Notes: generated by a model from the letters alone, not told the origin. DNA of 64,000 nucleotides from Phycisphaerales bacterium (GCA_009691705.1 SIAR01000010.1:1430-65429), one strand, 5' to 3'. Numbered from the stretch's first letter, positions 37,501-46,692 are shown. A program made the numbers and translations.

Positions 37501-38013
37501 GACAGTGGATGCGAACTCGCGCGTCTTGCCATCTTGCCTCTCGCGGAGTGTTTTCTGATTCGCGACCTTTGGTATGTCGGCGCGCTGACCACGAGTCTTG
37601 ACCAGGACCACCGCATCCGCAATACCCTCGGCGTGCGACTTGCGCGCGGCGATGAGATTCGCCGCCGCTATCTACATCGTCTTGAGGTGCGCGTCGCCTC
37701 ACATAAGTGGGTCGTCGAGTTTCGTTCCAGCGATTGGCCCGACCGTATCTTGCGCACGACGCTGCCATTCATTCCGCGCGGGGTGCGCGGCAACATGCAA
37801 TCCCGCGGTGCAAGAGAGTCTCTCATCGCCCTTCTTGACCGTGCGGCGATTGATCGCGCCGGGCGTTCCAACTGGATCGAATTCGCCCGTCGCGTGCACG
37901 ATGGGGCAGTCGACGGCAGTATTCGTTCGATGAATGCAGGCGCCCTTGTGCAACTCGCGGTGGCTGCGGGAGCTGTTCTCAGCGCGGGGTCCGAGGACGG
38001 GTGGGTTGTCTAA
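34585..38013 (+). CDS. large indolepyruvate/2-oxoacid:ferredoxin oxidoreductase-like protein with apparently degenerate cofactor motifs
   Basis: 1142 aa. The N-terminus ASEALLKGFLE...RAIELAAQEAARGRRAVVLIANDD...IVLEDNP...IEPCDVAGLRDA parallels the IorA N-domain (GNEA..g..E...NEK.A.E.A.gA...G.R......DDP....eP.d.qE). The mid-C region RVHIAGFRGDAPGAAGQLLAEAGRAMGF...PYGEADLVIGVDPVE parallels the POR catalytic (gamma) domain. I found no GDG..NN thiamine diphosphate motif and no CxxCxxCxxxCP cluster. Confidence 0.45.
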   Translation: MDASPTALPTWTIPLGRVDGRALCTASEALLKGFLETELDVNLIVGVRRVPFEGVFDAVESELPQLILSRNGLVVVAAFDSVRAIELAAQEAARGRRAVVLIANDDLDQVVVSLAQLGQAPIGEGAGVCIVLEDNPFAVPTTCPRKVCRRSGLTAIEPCDVAGLRDACDAALRISRASRRPSAIIAHISLLRSAATLVMAPNRQVARVDHDAWLRRRPLMRAGESSDPLQIVRRLELNLLEHLPSPGEREQYGFVAIGACAVAVRHMLDELTMTGRVPLLRLTVTEPLDEAAVSRLLERCHHVIVVEARPGSVAPRIVAIAQSLRAKDGVPAQVWWDAMPPGAGDVEPLGINDGLRTSLLTRRVIRLLHEVRPGLQLSARLARVPPGITTIELPRRGIGIGLAAGFNLAAAVIAEAAAVIGARTFADGLKRAIVAERGCAELADIVCTVEVWDARRFEREGVALVRQAASESAPRVVVVCSFSGETPIDIERLARASAGVDGESRLVFVRIDINDREALRTALVAAAEATALTIIIAQDGPPPRFDVAALERTAREIDLDGFLRFQRFVLPADNACELRDPGLATQIARGLLRGSDPLRPEPLVERSIVPGARGLFFHLESLLEQVEIIRTRPPAGIDALRTSVRVTPPRPAHADQGMWRVHIAGFRGDAPGAAGQLLAEAGRAMGFQVEWTHLGVPIGPGRRAWSQLVFTRVDESVTLEAARCTIQIPYGEADLVIGVDPVETIRAIATDAQLRVADPARTALVANVTPLEDQIDESSQRCASRLASIAQVTTLASSCVLVDIVSEARAIFLSDRQCDLVALGIAFQRGFIPVSIDAIEAAARRMESRGYARSFEAIQLGRLLAVRTLESSAEVAGTPVSLPSSDETLRLARLVSADRQLGGRRERSRGQRLRKAVAAALGQLGPLATTRHGREAMRDFATAMRRCEMWGGFEYATQYAACITALRGADGTDSGCELARLAILPLAECFLIRDLWYVGALTTSLDQDHRIRNTLGVRLARGDEIRRRYLHRLEVRVASHKWVVEFRSSDWPDRILRTTLPFIPRGVRGNMQSRGARESLIALLDRAAIDRAGRSNWIEFARRVHDGAVDGSIRSMNAGALVQLAVAAGAVLSAGSEDGWVV

Positions 38014-39149
38014 GCCTGGACTTGCTCGTGGCGCAATTGTCCACACGCCGCAGAGATATCTCGTCCACGGCTCGCCCGGATGTGCACATTGACTTCGCGA
38101 CTTCGCAGGATGTTCTGAAAGCGCAGGACATCCTCAGTTGCGGGTCGCTGGTATGGCAGCCCTTTGACCTCGTTGTAACGAATCAGATTGACGTTCGCAT
38201 GGATGCGCAGGGCGTGGGTTGCAAGTTCTTCGGCGTGTTCTGGCCGATCGTTGACACCACCAAGCAAGATGTACTCCAGGGTGATCTCACGACCGGCGCG
38301 GCGGAACCACTCGTCGCACGCATCGAGTAATTCGTCAATGGTGCTGAACTCGGCCCACGGGATGATCGCTCTGCGCAGAATGTCGTTCGGAGCGTGCAGG
38401 CTGAGCGCGAGTGTCACGGGGATTTCGAACTCACAGAATTTGCGGATCGCCGCGGGGAGTCCAACAGTCGAAAGTGTGATGCGTCTGGCACTCACGCCGA
38501 AGCCCCAAGGAGCGTTGATGGTTCGAATCGCGGTGGTGACCGCGTCGTAGTTGGCGAGCGGCTCACCCATCCCCATGAAGACGATGTGAGTGATGCGCTC
38601 GACCCGCGGAAGGCAGGTGAGGTGAAAGACCTGTTCAATGATCTGCGCCGCAGTGAGGTTGCCTTCAAACCCGCCAATTCCCGAGGCGCAGAATGTGCAG
38701 CGCACTGGGCATCCGAGTTGGCTCGAGATGCAGGCGGTGCGCCGATCCTCAGTGGGGATCATGACGCATTCCGTCTCTTCCCCGCGGGCAATGGCCGATT
38801 GGCCGGCAATTCCAAGCGCAATGTTGGCGCGCGGGGTTGGTGAAGTGTCAGCCGAGAGGGTCTGCGCAACGTCCACTGTCTGCGCCACCGGCTGCGCCGC
38901 CCACGAGAGCAACATCTTGTTGGTGCCGTCGCTGGCTGTCTGGTGTGCAACAGTGCGCGCGGTCGTGAACACCATCTGTTCACTCAGCTGGGCACGAGTG
39001 CCGCGCGACAGATTCGTCATCAACGTCGGGTCAGAAACTTTCTTGCGATAGACCCAATCGAAGAGTTGGTCGGTCGTGTGGCGCGGCATGTTGCGCGCAG
39101 CAATCCAGGCAGAAAGTGTCTCGTGATTGAGGGAAAAGAAGGAGTCCAT
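38010..39149 (-). CDS. rlmN: 23S rRNA/tRNA (adenine-C2)-methyltransferase, radical SAM
   Basis: The radical-SAM motif CPVRCTFCASG, FMGMGEPLAN and the C-terminal catalytic Cys (DISAACGQL) are present. Length is 379 aa. Confidence 0.93.
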   Translation of the reverse strand: MDSFFSLNHETLSAWIAARNMPRHTTDQLFDWVYRKKVSDPTLMTNLSRGTRAQLSEQMVFTTARTVAHQTASDGTNKMLLSWAAQPVAQTVDVAQTLSADTSPTPRANIALGIAGQSAIARGEETECVMIPTEDRRTACISSQLGCPVRCTFCASGIGGFEGNLTAAQIIEQVFHLTCLPRVERITHIVFMGMGEPLANYDAVTTAIRTINAPWGFGVSARRITLSTVGLPAAIRKFCEFEIPVTLALSLHAPNDILRRAIIPWAEFSTIDELLDACDEWFRRAGREITLEYILLGGVNDRPEHAEELATHALRIHANVNLIRYNEVKGLPYQRPATEDVLRFQNILRSREVNVHIRASRGRDISAACGQLRHEQVQA

Positions 39150-39194
39150 AGTAGTTCGTCGTAATGCGGGTTCGGTCTGGTCGCGCGCAGGCGT

Positions 39195-40289
39195 TCAGTT
39201 CTTGAGCGTAGATCCCGCCACCGTGAGGTCGACAATTCGAAATGGAATCTCGTGTTTCGCAAACCAAGCGCGCAACTGTTCTCCCTCATCTCCGCGCACA
39301 ATGCGGCGGTCCGAAGGGTCGATGTTGCGGGCGCGCATCATTGTCTTGAGCGTGCCAGGCAGTCCAAACTCGACTTCCTCATGGCAGACGTCATGCTGTT
39401 CGACCTCGGCACCGAAGTTGCGAACGAGCGTTTCGATGAGATCGTGCACGAGATCTTCGGGAGCGCTGGCTCCGGCAGTCACCAGCAGAGTGTTGACCCC
39501 CGCGAACCACTTGAGGTCGATCTCGGTTCTGTCATCAATCAAACGAGCTGGGGTCCCGCAGTTCATCGAGATTTCAGTGAGTCGCACAGAGTTTGACGAG
39601 TTTGCGCTTCCAACAACCAGTACGAGATCGCACTGTGGAGCAATGGCGCGCACCGCGAGTTGGCGATTGGTTGTGGCGTAACAAATGTCGCTGACCGGGG
39701 GCTCTTTGATGGCAGGAAACGCAGCCTTCAGGGCAGAGATCACAATGGTTGCATCATCGAGCGACAGCGTCGTTTGCGTGAGATAGACCAACTTCTCGGC
39801 GTCGTGAATCACGAGATTGGCAATGTCTGCGGGGCTTTCGACCACCTGCATCGCTTGCGGCGCCTCGCCAAGAGTTCCCACGACTTCTTGGTGGTGACGA
39901 TGTCCTACGAGCAGAATCTGGAATCCCTTGCGGGCGTAGCGGATCGCTTCTGCGTGCACTTTGGTTACGAGGGGACAAGTCGCGTCGATCGCAACAAGTC
40001 GCTTCGCCTTCGCTTCGAGTCGAATCGCGGGACTCACCCCATGCGCGCTGAAAACCACAATCGCTCCATCGGGAACCTCGGCGATCGATTCGACGAATTG
40101 CACTCCACGCTGTTGGAAGCGTTGCACAACATGTCGATTGTGAACGATTTCGTGAAAGACGTAGATCGTCTCGTCCGGGCAGATCTCAAGCAGTTGATCG
40201 ACAACGTCAATCGCCATGTAAACACCGGCACAAAAACCTCTGGGATTTGCGAGCAAGATCTTCATTGGGTGATTCGTGATCATAGCCAT
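39195..40289 (-). CDS. ispH: 4-hydroxy-3-methylbut-2-enyl diphosphate reductase
   Basis: MKILLANPRGFCAGV closely matches the E. coli IspH N-terminus. FSAHG, the conserved Cys positions and SSNS are present. There is a C-terminal extension of about 45 aa. Possible starts are ATG 40289, 40283 and 40265; 40265 matches the canonical N-terminus. Confidence 0.93.
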   Translation of the reverse strand: MAMITNHPMKILLANPRGFCAGVYMAIDVVDQLLEICPDETIYVFHEIVHNRHVVQRFQQRGVQFVESIAEVPDGAIVVFSAHGVSPAIRLEAKAKRLVAIDATCPLVTKVHAEAIRYARKGFQILLVGHRHHQEVVGTLGEAPQAMQVVESPADIANLVIHDAEKLVYLTQTTLSLDDATIVISALKAAFPAIKEPPVSDICYATTNRQLAVRAIAPQCDLVLVVGSANSSNSVRLTEISMNCGTPARLIDDRTEIDLKWFAGVNTLLVTAGASAPEDLVHDLIETLVRNFGAEVEQHDVCHEEVEFGLPGTLKTMMRARNIDPSDRRIVRGDEGEQLRAWFAKHEIPFRIVDLTVAGSTLKN

Positions 40290-40325
40290 CGCAACCTGCT
40301 TTCGACGGTGTAGTCTTGGCGATCC

Positions 40326-41297
40326 ATGAGCGTGACGCGCAGCGAGCGACTGGTTGGGTTGGCGGAGTACGGACCCACAAGTGCCAGAGTTGCCACCCGC
40401 GCTGAGGCACGCGCGTGGTGCCGCAACCTCACTCGCACGCACGGAGAGAACTTTTCAGTTCTTAGCGCGCTCGTTCCACTCGATCGGGTGGATGACTTTT
40501 CGGCGGTCTATTCATTCTGTCGTGTTGCAGACGATCTCGGCGATGAAATGGCATCTCCCCAGCGCGCCACCGAGTTGCTGGCATGGTGGCGTAGCTCCCT
40601 CCAGCAATGCATGCGCGGAGAAGCAACTCATCCTGTCTTCGTGGCACTGCGCGAATGCGTGCAGCGACACGATCTGCCCGCCGAGCCCTTTCATGACCTC
40701 ATCACCGCGTTCGAGTCTGACCAAATCAAGAACAGGTACGCATCGTGGAACGAGGTCATCGACTATTGCAAACTGAGCGCAGATCCGGTGGGACGCCTCG
40801 TGTTGATGGTGCTCGGCGAACGACGTGATGCCCTGGCATTTGCTGCGAGCGACGCACTTTGCACGGCACTTCAATTGACCAATCACTGGCAGGATGTGCG
40901 GCGCGATTGCCTCGAACGCAACCGCATCTATCTGCCCGCCGACAGTTTCACATCGGAGCGCTTCGAAGAACGACTCGTTGCGACCTGCCGAGTGGGCTAT
41001 GCGCCTGACCGTACGTTTCTCGCGCAATACCGAGATGCCGTCCACGCGCAAGTTGCAAAGACCTGGACACTATTCGAGCGTGGATCGGAACTCTTGGGGA
41101 TGTTGCAGCCCGCCCATCGCCCGCTGATCTGGCTCTTTCTCGCTGGCGGAACAGGAACGTTGCGGCAGATCGAAGCGTGGAACTGCGAGACCTGCATCGC
41201 CCGTCCCAAACTTTCTAAACTCTCGAAGTTGCTGCTCGTCGGGCGGGCGCGGTGGTGGGGAAGGCGTGCAATTGAGGCGAACAAGGCGGCGTCATGA
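40326..41297 (+). CDS. hpnC: hydroxysqualene synthase HpnC (squalene/phytoene synthase family)
   Basis: GENFSVLSALVP...VYSFCRVADDLGDE shows the HpnC-type ENF.V.S and first Asp-rich motif. It is followed by hpnD and hpnE with overlapping stop/start codons. Confidence 0.85.
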   Translation: MSVTRSERLVGLAEYGPTSARVATRAEARAWCRNLTRTHGENFSVLSALVPLDRVDDFSAVYSFCRVADDLGDEMASPQRATELLAWWRSSLQQCMRGEATHPVFVALRECVQRHDLPAEPFHDLITAFESDQIKNRYASWNEVIDYCKLSADPVGRLVLMVLGERRDALAFAASDALCTALQLTNHWQDVRRDCLERNRIYLPADSFTSERFEERLVATCRVGYAPDRTFLAQYRDAVHAQVAKTWTLFERGSELLGMLQPAHRPLIWLFLAGGTGTLRQIEAWNCETCIARPKLSKLSKLLLVGRARWWGRRAIEANKAAS

Positions 41298-42181
41298 ACG
41301 CGAGTGCGCTGACGAGTGATCCCCAGATTCGGCGGGCTGTTGCTGATTGCCGCGATATCACCCGCAATCGCGCGGGAAATTTCTATTGGGGCTTGCGGCT
41401 GACTCCTGAACCACAACGCTCTGCGATGTATGCGATCTATGCCTGGATGCGGGAAGCCGATGACATCGCCGACGATGCGAACACCGACTCCGCCCAACGA
41501 ACTGCGCGGGTTTGGGCGTTTCGGGCCGCGACCGATGAAGCGCTCGCTGGACGTTGCGCCCACGACTCTTCTGTGTGGCGTGCCCTGGCAGCGGTTGCTC
41601 GCGAATACACACTCGACGCGCACGACTTTCATGCGATGCTCGATGGACAGATTGCAGACCTTGTGCCGCGCCGCCTGCAAGATTGGATCGAACTGCGCAC
41701 CTATTGCACGCAGGTTGCGAGCACCGTTGGATGCGTCTGCGTGCGTATCTGGGGGTACGACCATCCAGCGGCGATTGCCCTCGCTGTCGACCGCGGGATC
41801 GCCTTTCAACTCACCAACATCCTGCGCGACATAGTCGAAGACATCGCGCGCGACCGTGTCTATCTGCCAGCGTCTGAATTCGCACGCGTTGGAGTCACTC
41901 CCGAAGAACTATGTCGCTGGTCCAACCCTGCCGCGTGCGCAGATCTCTTGGGGCAGACGATTGCGCTCGCGCGTGAACACTTTGTGCGAAGCGCGCCACT
42001 CGATGGCATGATCACTCCCGCCTGCCGCCCGACCCTGCGCGCAATGACTGAGATTTACCGTCAGTTGCTCGAACAGATTGCGCGTGACCCATCGCGCGTG
42101 GTGCGCGAACGGGTGGCACTCTCGACCCTGCGCAAAGTTCTCATCGGATTGCGCGCGAAAACGCTGGGTGGTGGCGCGTGA
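41294..42181 (+). CDS. hpnD: presqualene diphosphate synthase HpnD
   Basis: CRDITRNRAGNFYWGLRLTP...MYAIYAWMREADDIADD is an HpnD-type N-terminus with an Asp-rich motif. The second motif is ILRDIVEDIARDRVYLP. ATG 41294 overlaps the hpnC stop (ATGA). Confidence 0.85.
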   Translation: MNASALTSDPQIRRAVADCRDITRNRAGNFYWGLRLTPEPQRSAMYAIYAWMREADDIADDANTDSAQRTARVWAFRAATDEALAGRCAHDSSVWRALAAVAREYTLDAHDFHAMLDGQIADLVPRRLQDWIELRTYCTQVASTVGCVCVRIWGYDHPAAIALAVDRGIAFQLTNILRDIVEDIARDRVYLPASEFARVGVTPEELCRWSNPAACADLLGQTIALAREHFVRSAPLDGMITPACRPTLRAMTEIYRQLLEQIARDPSRVVRERVALSTLRKVLIGLRAKTLGGGA

Positions 42182-43566
42182 TGCCACCGGTTGTGGTGGT
42201 GGGTGGAGGATTGGCCGGCATCGCCGCAGCAGTGAGGCTCATCGACGCAGGAAGGTCCGTCGTGCTGCTTGAGACGCGCAAGAAACTCGGGGGACGCGCG
42301 ACGAGTTTCATCGATCCCCGCAATGCCGAAGTGCTTGACAACTGTCAGCACGTGCTGATGGGAAGTTGCACGAACTTGATCGATCTCTACGAGCGACTCG
42401 GCGTGCTCGCCAATATTGAGTGGCATCGTCAGATCTGGTGGGCGAATCCTCCGCATGAGCATGACGTGATGCGGCCGGGAAGACTTCCTGCCCCCGCCCA
42501 TTTCACGATAAGTTTTCTTCGCCTGCGCTTTCTCGAACGGGATGACAAGCGGTCGATTGCCCGCGCGATGTGGCAGTTGATTCGCATCGGGCGAGAGGGG
42601 CGCCAAGCATGGCGTGGAAAATCGTTTGCAGCATTTCTCGACCACACCCAACAAACCAAGCGCGCCCGCGAGTTGTTTTGGGAACCCATCGTCACGAGCG
42701 CCTGCAACGTGCCTTGTGCCCGAACCGACGCATTTCACGCCATGTACGTCTTTCAGGGTGGATTCCTGCAAGATTCGTGGAGTCCAGTCATGGGACTCTC
42801 TGCTGTCCCACTCTGGTCGCTCTACGACTCTGCGCACAGAATTCTCAAAGACGCTGGTGGTTCACTGCGCACGGGAGTCAGCGCCATCGCGTTGGCATTC
42901 GATGGCAGGCGCATCACGGGTGTTGTGACAAATGAGGGCATCGTCGAAGCCTCCGCGGTCGTCGCCGCGGTGCCGCCCGATCGTCTTGCCAAGCTCTGCT
43001 CCCAAGTTGTTCGGAGTGCCGATCAGCGCCTCGCACGCCTCGAGGAGTTTGAGTTCAGTCCGATTCTCGGCGCGCATCTCTTCTTTGCGCAGCCTGTTCT
43101 GACGACTCCGCATCTGGTGCTGCCGGGCCGAGCGACCCACTGGCTCTTCGACAAGGGGCGCGATGCGCAGGGGCGCTTTCATGTGCACGCCGTTGTCAGC
43201 GCGGCAGATGATTGGATGGCGCTCGATGAAAGCGAGATCACCGCCCGGCTCATGCGCGACATCCACTGGGCGCTTCCGCACACGGCGGGCCTGCAACCTG
43301 AGGCGGTGCGCACTGTGAAAGAGAAGCGCGCTACGTTCGCCTGCCTTCCAGGCAGCGATGCACTTCGCCCCGCAGCCTGTGCCGATGGAGTGCGCGGTGG
43401 AATCAACAATCTGTTTCTCGCTGGGGATTGGTGCGCGACTGATTGGCCCGCCACGATGGAAGGTGCTGTGCGCAGCGGATATCTCGCCGCGCAGGGAGTG
43501 ATCGCAGGCCGTGGCCTCATCGCCGATGTTCCAGTCGCACCGCTGGCGCGATTGCTAGGACTCTGA
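42181..43566 (+). CDS. hpnE: FAD-dependent hydroxysqualene dehydroxylase HpnE (amine-oxidase/phytoene-desaturase family)
   Basis: The dinucleotide-binding motif VVVVGGGLAGIAAAVRL is present, with the C-terminal FLAGDW...PATMEGAVRSG. It is the third gene of the hpnC-D-E order. A GTG at 42178 is an alternative start. Confidence 0.8.
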   Translation: MPPVVVVGGGLAGIAAAVRLIDAGRSVVLLETRKKLGGRATSFIDPRNAEVLDNCQHVLMGSCTNLIDLYERLGVLANIEWHRQIWWANPPHEHDVMRPGRLPAPAHFTISFLRLRFLERDDKRSIARAMWQLIRIGREGRQAWRGKSFAAFLDHTQQTKRARELFWEPIVTSACNVPCARTDAFHAMYVFQGGFLQDSWSPVMGLSAVPLWSLYDSAHRILKDAGGSLRTGVSAIALAFDGRRITGVVTNEGIVEASAVVAAVPPDRLAKLCSQVVRSADQRLARLEEFEFSPILGAHLFFAQPVLTTPHLVLPGRATHWLFDKGRDAQGRFHVHAVVSAADDWMALDESEITARLMRDIHWALPHTAGLQPEAVRTVKEKRATFACLPGSDALRPAACADGVRGGINNLFLAGDWCATDWPATMEGAVRSGYLAAQGVIAGRGLIADVPVAPLARLLGL

Positions 43567-43567
43567 G

Positions 43568-44710
43568 ATGAAACCCGCCGACGCGCGCCCACTCATCTGC
43601 CCCTGCGACCCGCAAGACTGCGATGGACTCGCCGACTGGGCAGGCGCGCGCGCCCAACAACTCGGATTTGCCGCCGTAGGAATCTGCGATGCAGCCCCGA
43701 GTCAACGGGGCGATCAACTGCAGGCATGGCTCTCGGCAGGCAAGCATGGATCGATGGAGTGGATGGCGAACAACATCGCAGTCAGACTCGATCCAGCGAA
43801 GCTTGTCGTGGGTGCGCAGAGCATCGTCGTTGTGGCAGATCGCTATCACGATGGACGCCCAGACGCGCGTCCTGTCTTTGCGGTGAACTCCCAAACGATG
43901 GTCGAAGAACCAGCAGGGCGCGCCGCGCGGTACGCACGCGGGCGCGACTACCACCGCCGTATCAAGAAGCGACTGCGACGACTGCAGCGCGAAATCGAGG
44001 CGGCGCTTCCGGGCGCGCGTGGAAAAGTCTGCTGCGACATTGAACCTGTGATGGAACGCGAGATGGCGCAACGCGCCGGTGTCGGTCGCATCGGAAAGCA
44101 CACCCTGTTGATCGCGCCACAACTCGGCTCGTGGGTGTTGCTCGCGTGCTATGTCACGACGGTGCGATTGAAGGCGACGACTCAGAGTGCGATCATCGAC
44201 ACTGATCCCTGCGGCACATGCACCCGTTGCATCGACGCCTGTCCGACGGGCGCGATTACTCCCTGGTCGGTTGATGGTGCGAAATGCATCAGCGGCATCA
44301 CGATCGAAGAGCGGGGGATGGCCGATCCGCAGTACGCATCGAAGGCGCAAGACTGGTTGCTCGGTTGTGATATCTGCCAAGAGGTCTGTCCGCACAATCA
44401 GCCGACGCGCCTCTCTAGAAGCACGGGTTTTCACCCCGAGTACGACGGCAGAAATGCAGCGTTTTCACTCAATCAGATTCTGGGATGGGATGAACCCACT
44501 CGCCGCGCTGCGTTTGGCCCAAGCCCACTCAACCGGGTGCGCGTGACACAATTGCGCCGTAACGCGGTCTGGTGCGCACTCGAGGTGCTCGAACGATCGA
44601 TCGATCTACCGCTCTCACAGGCACTCGCGCAGATCGCGACTGATGCGGGGGAGGATCCAGTGGTTCGCACGGCAGCCCAAGAGGTACTCCAACGCCTCGC
44701 CCAACGCTAG
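43568..44710 (+). CDS. queG: tRNA epoxyqueuosine(34) reductase
   Basis: Two 4Fe-4S motifs (CGTCTRCIDACPTGAI and CDICQEVCPHN) are present, followed by C-terminal HEAT-like repeats. The gene starts 1 nt after the hpnE stop. Confidence 0.92.
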   Translation: MKPADARPLICPCDPQDCDGLADWAGARAQQLGFAAVGICDAAPSQRGDQLQAWLSAGKHGSMEWMANNIAVRLDPAKLVVGAQSIVVVADRYHDGRPDARPVFAVNSQTMVEEPAGRAARYARGRDYHRRIKKRLRRLQREIEAALPGARGKVCCDIEPVMEREMAQRAGVGRIGKHTLLIAPQLGSWVLLACYVTTVRLKATTQSAIIDTDPCGTCTRCIDACPTGAITPWSVDGAKCISGITIEERGMADPQYASKAQDWLLGCDICQEVCPHNQPTRLSRSTGFHPEYDGRNAAFSLNQILGWDEPTRRAAFGPSPLNRVRVTQLRRNAVWCALEVLERSIDLPLSQALAQIATDAGEDPVVRTAAQEVLQRLAQR

Positions 44711-44712
44711 AT

Positions 44713-46692
44713 TCAGTTGCCGTCAGGGCTAGGCGCGCCACCAGTCATGCCGCTCATCAGCGATTGCATCGCAGCAGTGAGCGCCTCTTGCGTCGCCGCG
44801 AGCGAATCGAGTTCGCCGCTCTCAAGATTTTTGGTGATCTCGTTGATCGAGTTGATGAGTCCACCAACCATCTTTCCCATCATGGTGATTTGCATCAGCA
44901 TTGCACCCGCCATCGCGTCAGCCGTCGCGTCGAGATCTAGTTTCCAGTCGCCGTCCACGTTCACCGCTTGAAACGGCAGCGAGCCTTGCGCGCCGCCCAC
45001 AGAGATGGTGGCGCTATTTGCGGTGACATCCGCTGCGCTCGCCGCAATCGATTGCGCGCCCATGGCTGAGATCGGTCCAAGGTCGTCCATCTGAAACTTC
45101 GCCTTCATGGCGTTCTGCAAAGTCGCCATCGCCTTTGGCGCTGCGAAGAGTGCCGCTTGGAGTGCTTTTCCTCCGGCGGTCTTAGCGATCAGGCACTCGT
45201 CGATGCGAAGTGCGTTGGCCGGTTGCGTCGAGAGCGACGAAATGAAGGCAACCAAGGCATCGGCACTTGCGCAGGGAGGTCCCGCGGAGGTCGCCGCACC
45301 CTCTGAGTCGGGCCGAACAGAACTTGCTGACTTCTTGGCCGACTTGGTGGCCGACTTCTTGGCATCAGCGTCCGCCGAAATATCCTCCGCCGAAATCTCA
45401 AAGGTCGGCACCTTGAGTTTTGTCACGACGCGATCGATCGTCGCTTGCAGCGCAGTGACTGCAGCGTTGTTACCCGAGCCATTTGCGAGTGCTTCTTTGA
45501 GCGCCGCGTAGACCTCGAGCGCTTCTTTCGTTGAAGCCTGCGCCTTTGTGAGTGCCTTCTGAGCGTCGTCGCCAAGAGCGTTGCTCGCCGCTGCCATGCT
45601 CGGGCTTCCTGAGAGCGAATTCAACAGCAGTGCGGTTTGAAACTCTCCTTCGCCGCGTGAGAGCAGGGCCCGTGCGCGCGTCGAAAGGACGGTGTTCACA
45701 GCACTCGCGGCGGTCCCACTGCGTCGAGCCGACGACTCGGCCGATTCGAGATCTGCGAGCGCCCGCTCGTAACAGCCAGTCAATTCGGGATGCTCGCGCG
45801 AATCAGTCGCCGTGCGAAGAGTCTCAATGGTCTCACGCAAGTTTGAGATGACTTCTGTTCCTTGCGCTGCAGTCTTGTCAAAGCTGGATTGCATCGCTTG
45901 GATCGACGTCAGCGCGTTGCTGATTGCAGCGGCCTGCCGTGATGCGCTCTGCGCGACACCGGCAGCGAGTCGCAATTCGACTTGGCGCGCCGCCGCATCG
46001 ACACTGCTCTGTGAGGCTTGTGTTTGCATGACCCGCGCTTCATCGCGCTTCTCTCCAGCTTGCTGGGCAATCACCATGATCTGCCCGCGACCAGCGGAGA
46101 GTCCAGTCTGACGAAGATCTTCGGCGGCGATCAACAACTCCTGCGCCTGCGCAAGTGCCTCGTCATGTCTTGCCTTCAACGCCGCAACATCTGCCTCGAT
46201 CGACCCATGCGCCGCGGACAGCGCGGTGCTCTGAGCACTTGCCAACGTCTGCACTTGGGTGAGCGCTGCAGCCGATGCATCCAGTCCATTTTCCTTCTGA
46301 GATTCGAGCAAGAGGCTCATGTCATCGGCGACGCGAGTCAGGGCGAGGGCGAGCGAACGGCTGGCGCGATTGGCGCTCTCGAGCTGTGCAGCGCGGGCTA
46401 GTTCAAGAAGTGCTGCCTGGGTCGTGGCAGTGGCAACCAGTCCAGCGGCGGCCTGCTGCTGGGCATCCGAAGCGTTCGAGATTGACTGCGCCGTGCGTCC
46501 AGCGGCACGCAGGTCCTCGGCGGCAGCGACGCGATCGAGGCTCGCCCGTTGCGCAGCGAGCGCAATTGATTCGGCGGCTTGATTGATCTTCGCTTGAGCC
46601 GCATCGCGCTGGGCAATGGTGGGGTCTTCGCATCCAGCAATCACGAGTGAAGCGGCGAGCGTGACAACGACGGTGATTGAAGAGTGTTTCAT
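44713..46692 (-). CDS. Ala/Gln-rich predicted coiled-coil lipoprotein (659 aa)
   Basis: MKHSSITVVVTLAASLVIAGC carries the perfect lipobox IAGC. About 450 aa of Ala/Gln/Ser-rich helical sequence follow, then a Lys-rich linker (KKSATKSAKKSAS) and a roughly 170-aa C-terminal globular region (..AVNVDGDWKLDLD..). I recognise no family. Confidence 0.6.
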   Translation of the reverse strand: MKHSSITVVVTLAASLVIAGCEDPTIAQRDAAQAKINQAAESIALAAQRASLDRVAAAEDLRAAGRTAQSISNASDAQQQAAAGLVATATTQAALLELARAAQLESANRASRSLALALTRVADDMSLLLESQKENGLDASAAALTQVQTLASAQSTALSAAHGSIEADVAALKARHDEALAQAQELLIAAEDLRQTGLSAGRGQIMVIAQQAGEKRDEARVMQTQASQSSVDAAARQVELRLAAGVAQSASRQAAAISNALTSIQAMQSSFDKTAAQGTEVISNLRETIETLRTATDSREHPELTGCYERALADLESAESSARRSGTAASAVNTVLSTRARALLSRGEGEFQTALLLNSLSGSPSMAAASNALGDDAQKALTKAQASTKEALEVYAALKEALANGSGNNAAVTALQATIDRVVTKLKVPTFEISAEDISADADAKKSATKSAKKSASSVRPDSEGAATSAGPPCASADALVAFISSLSTQPANALRIDECLIAKTAGGKALQAALFAAPKAMATLQNAMKAKFQMDDLGPISAMGAQSIAASAADVTANSATISVGGAQGSLPFQAVNVDGDWKLDLDATADAMAGAMLMQITMMGKMVGGLINSINEITKNLESGELDSLAATQEALTAAMQSLMSGMTGGAPSPDGN

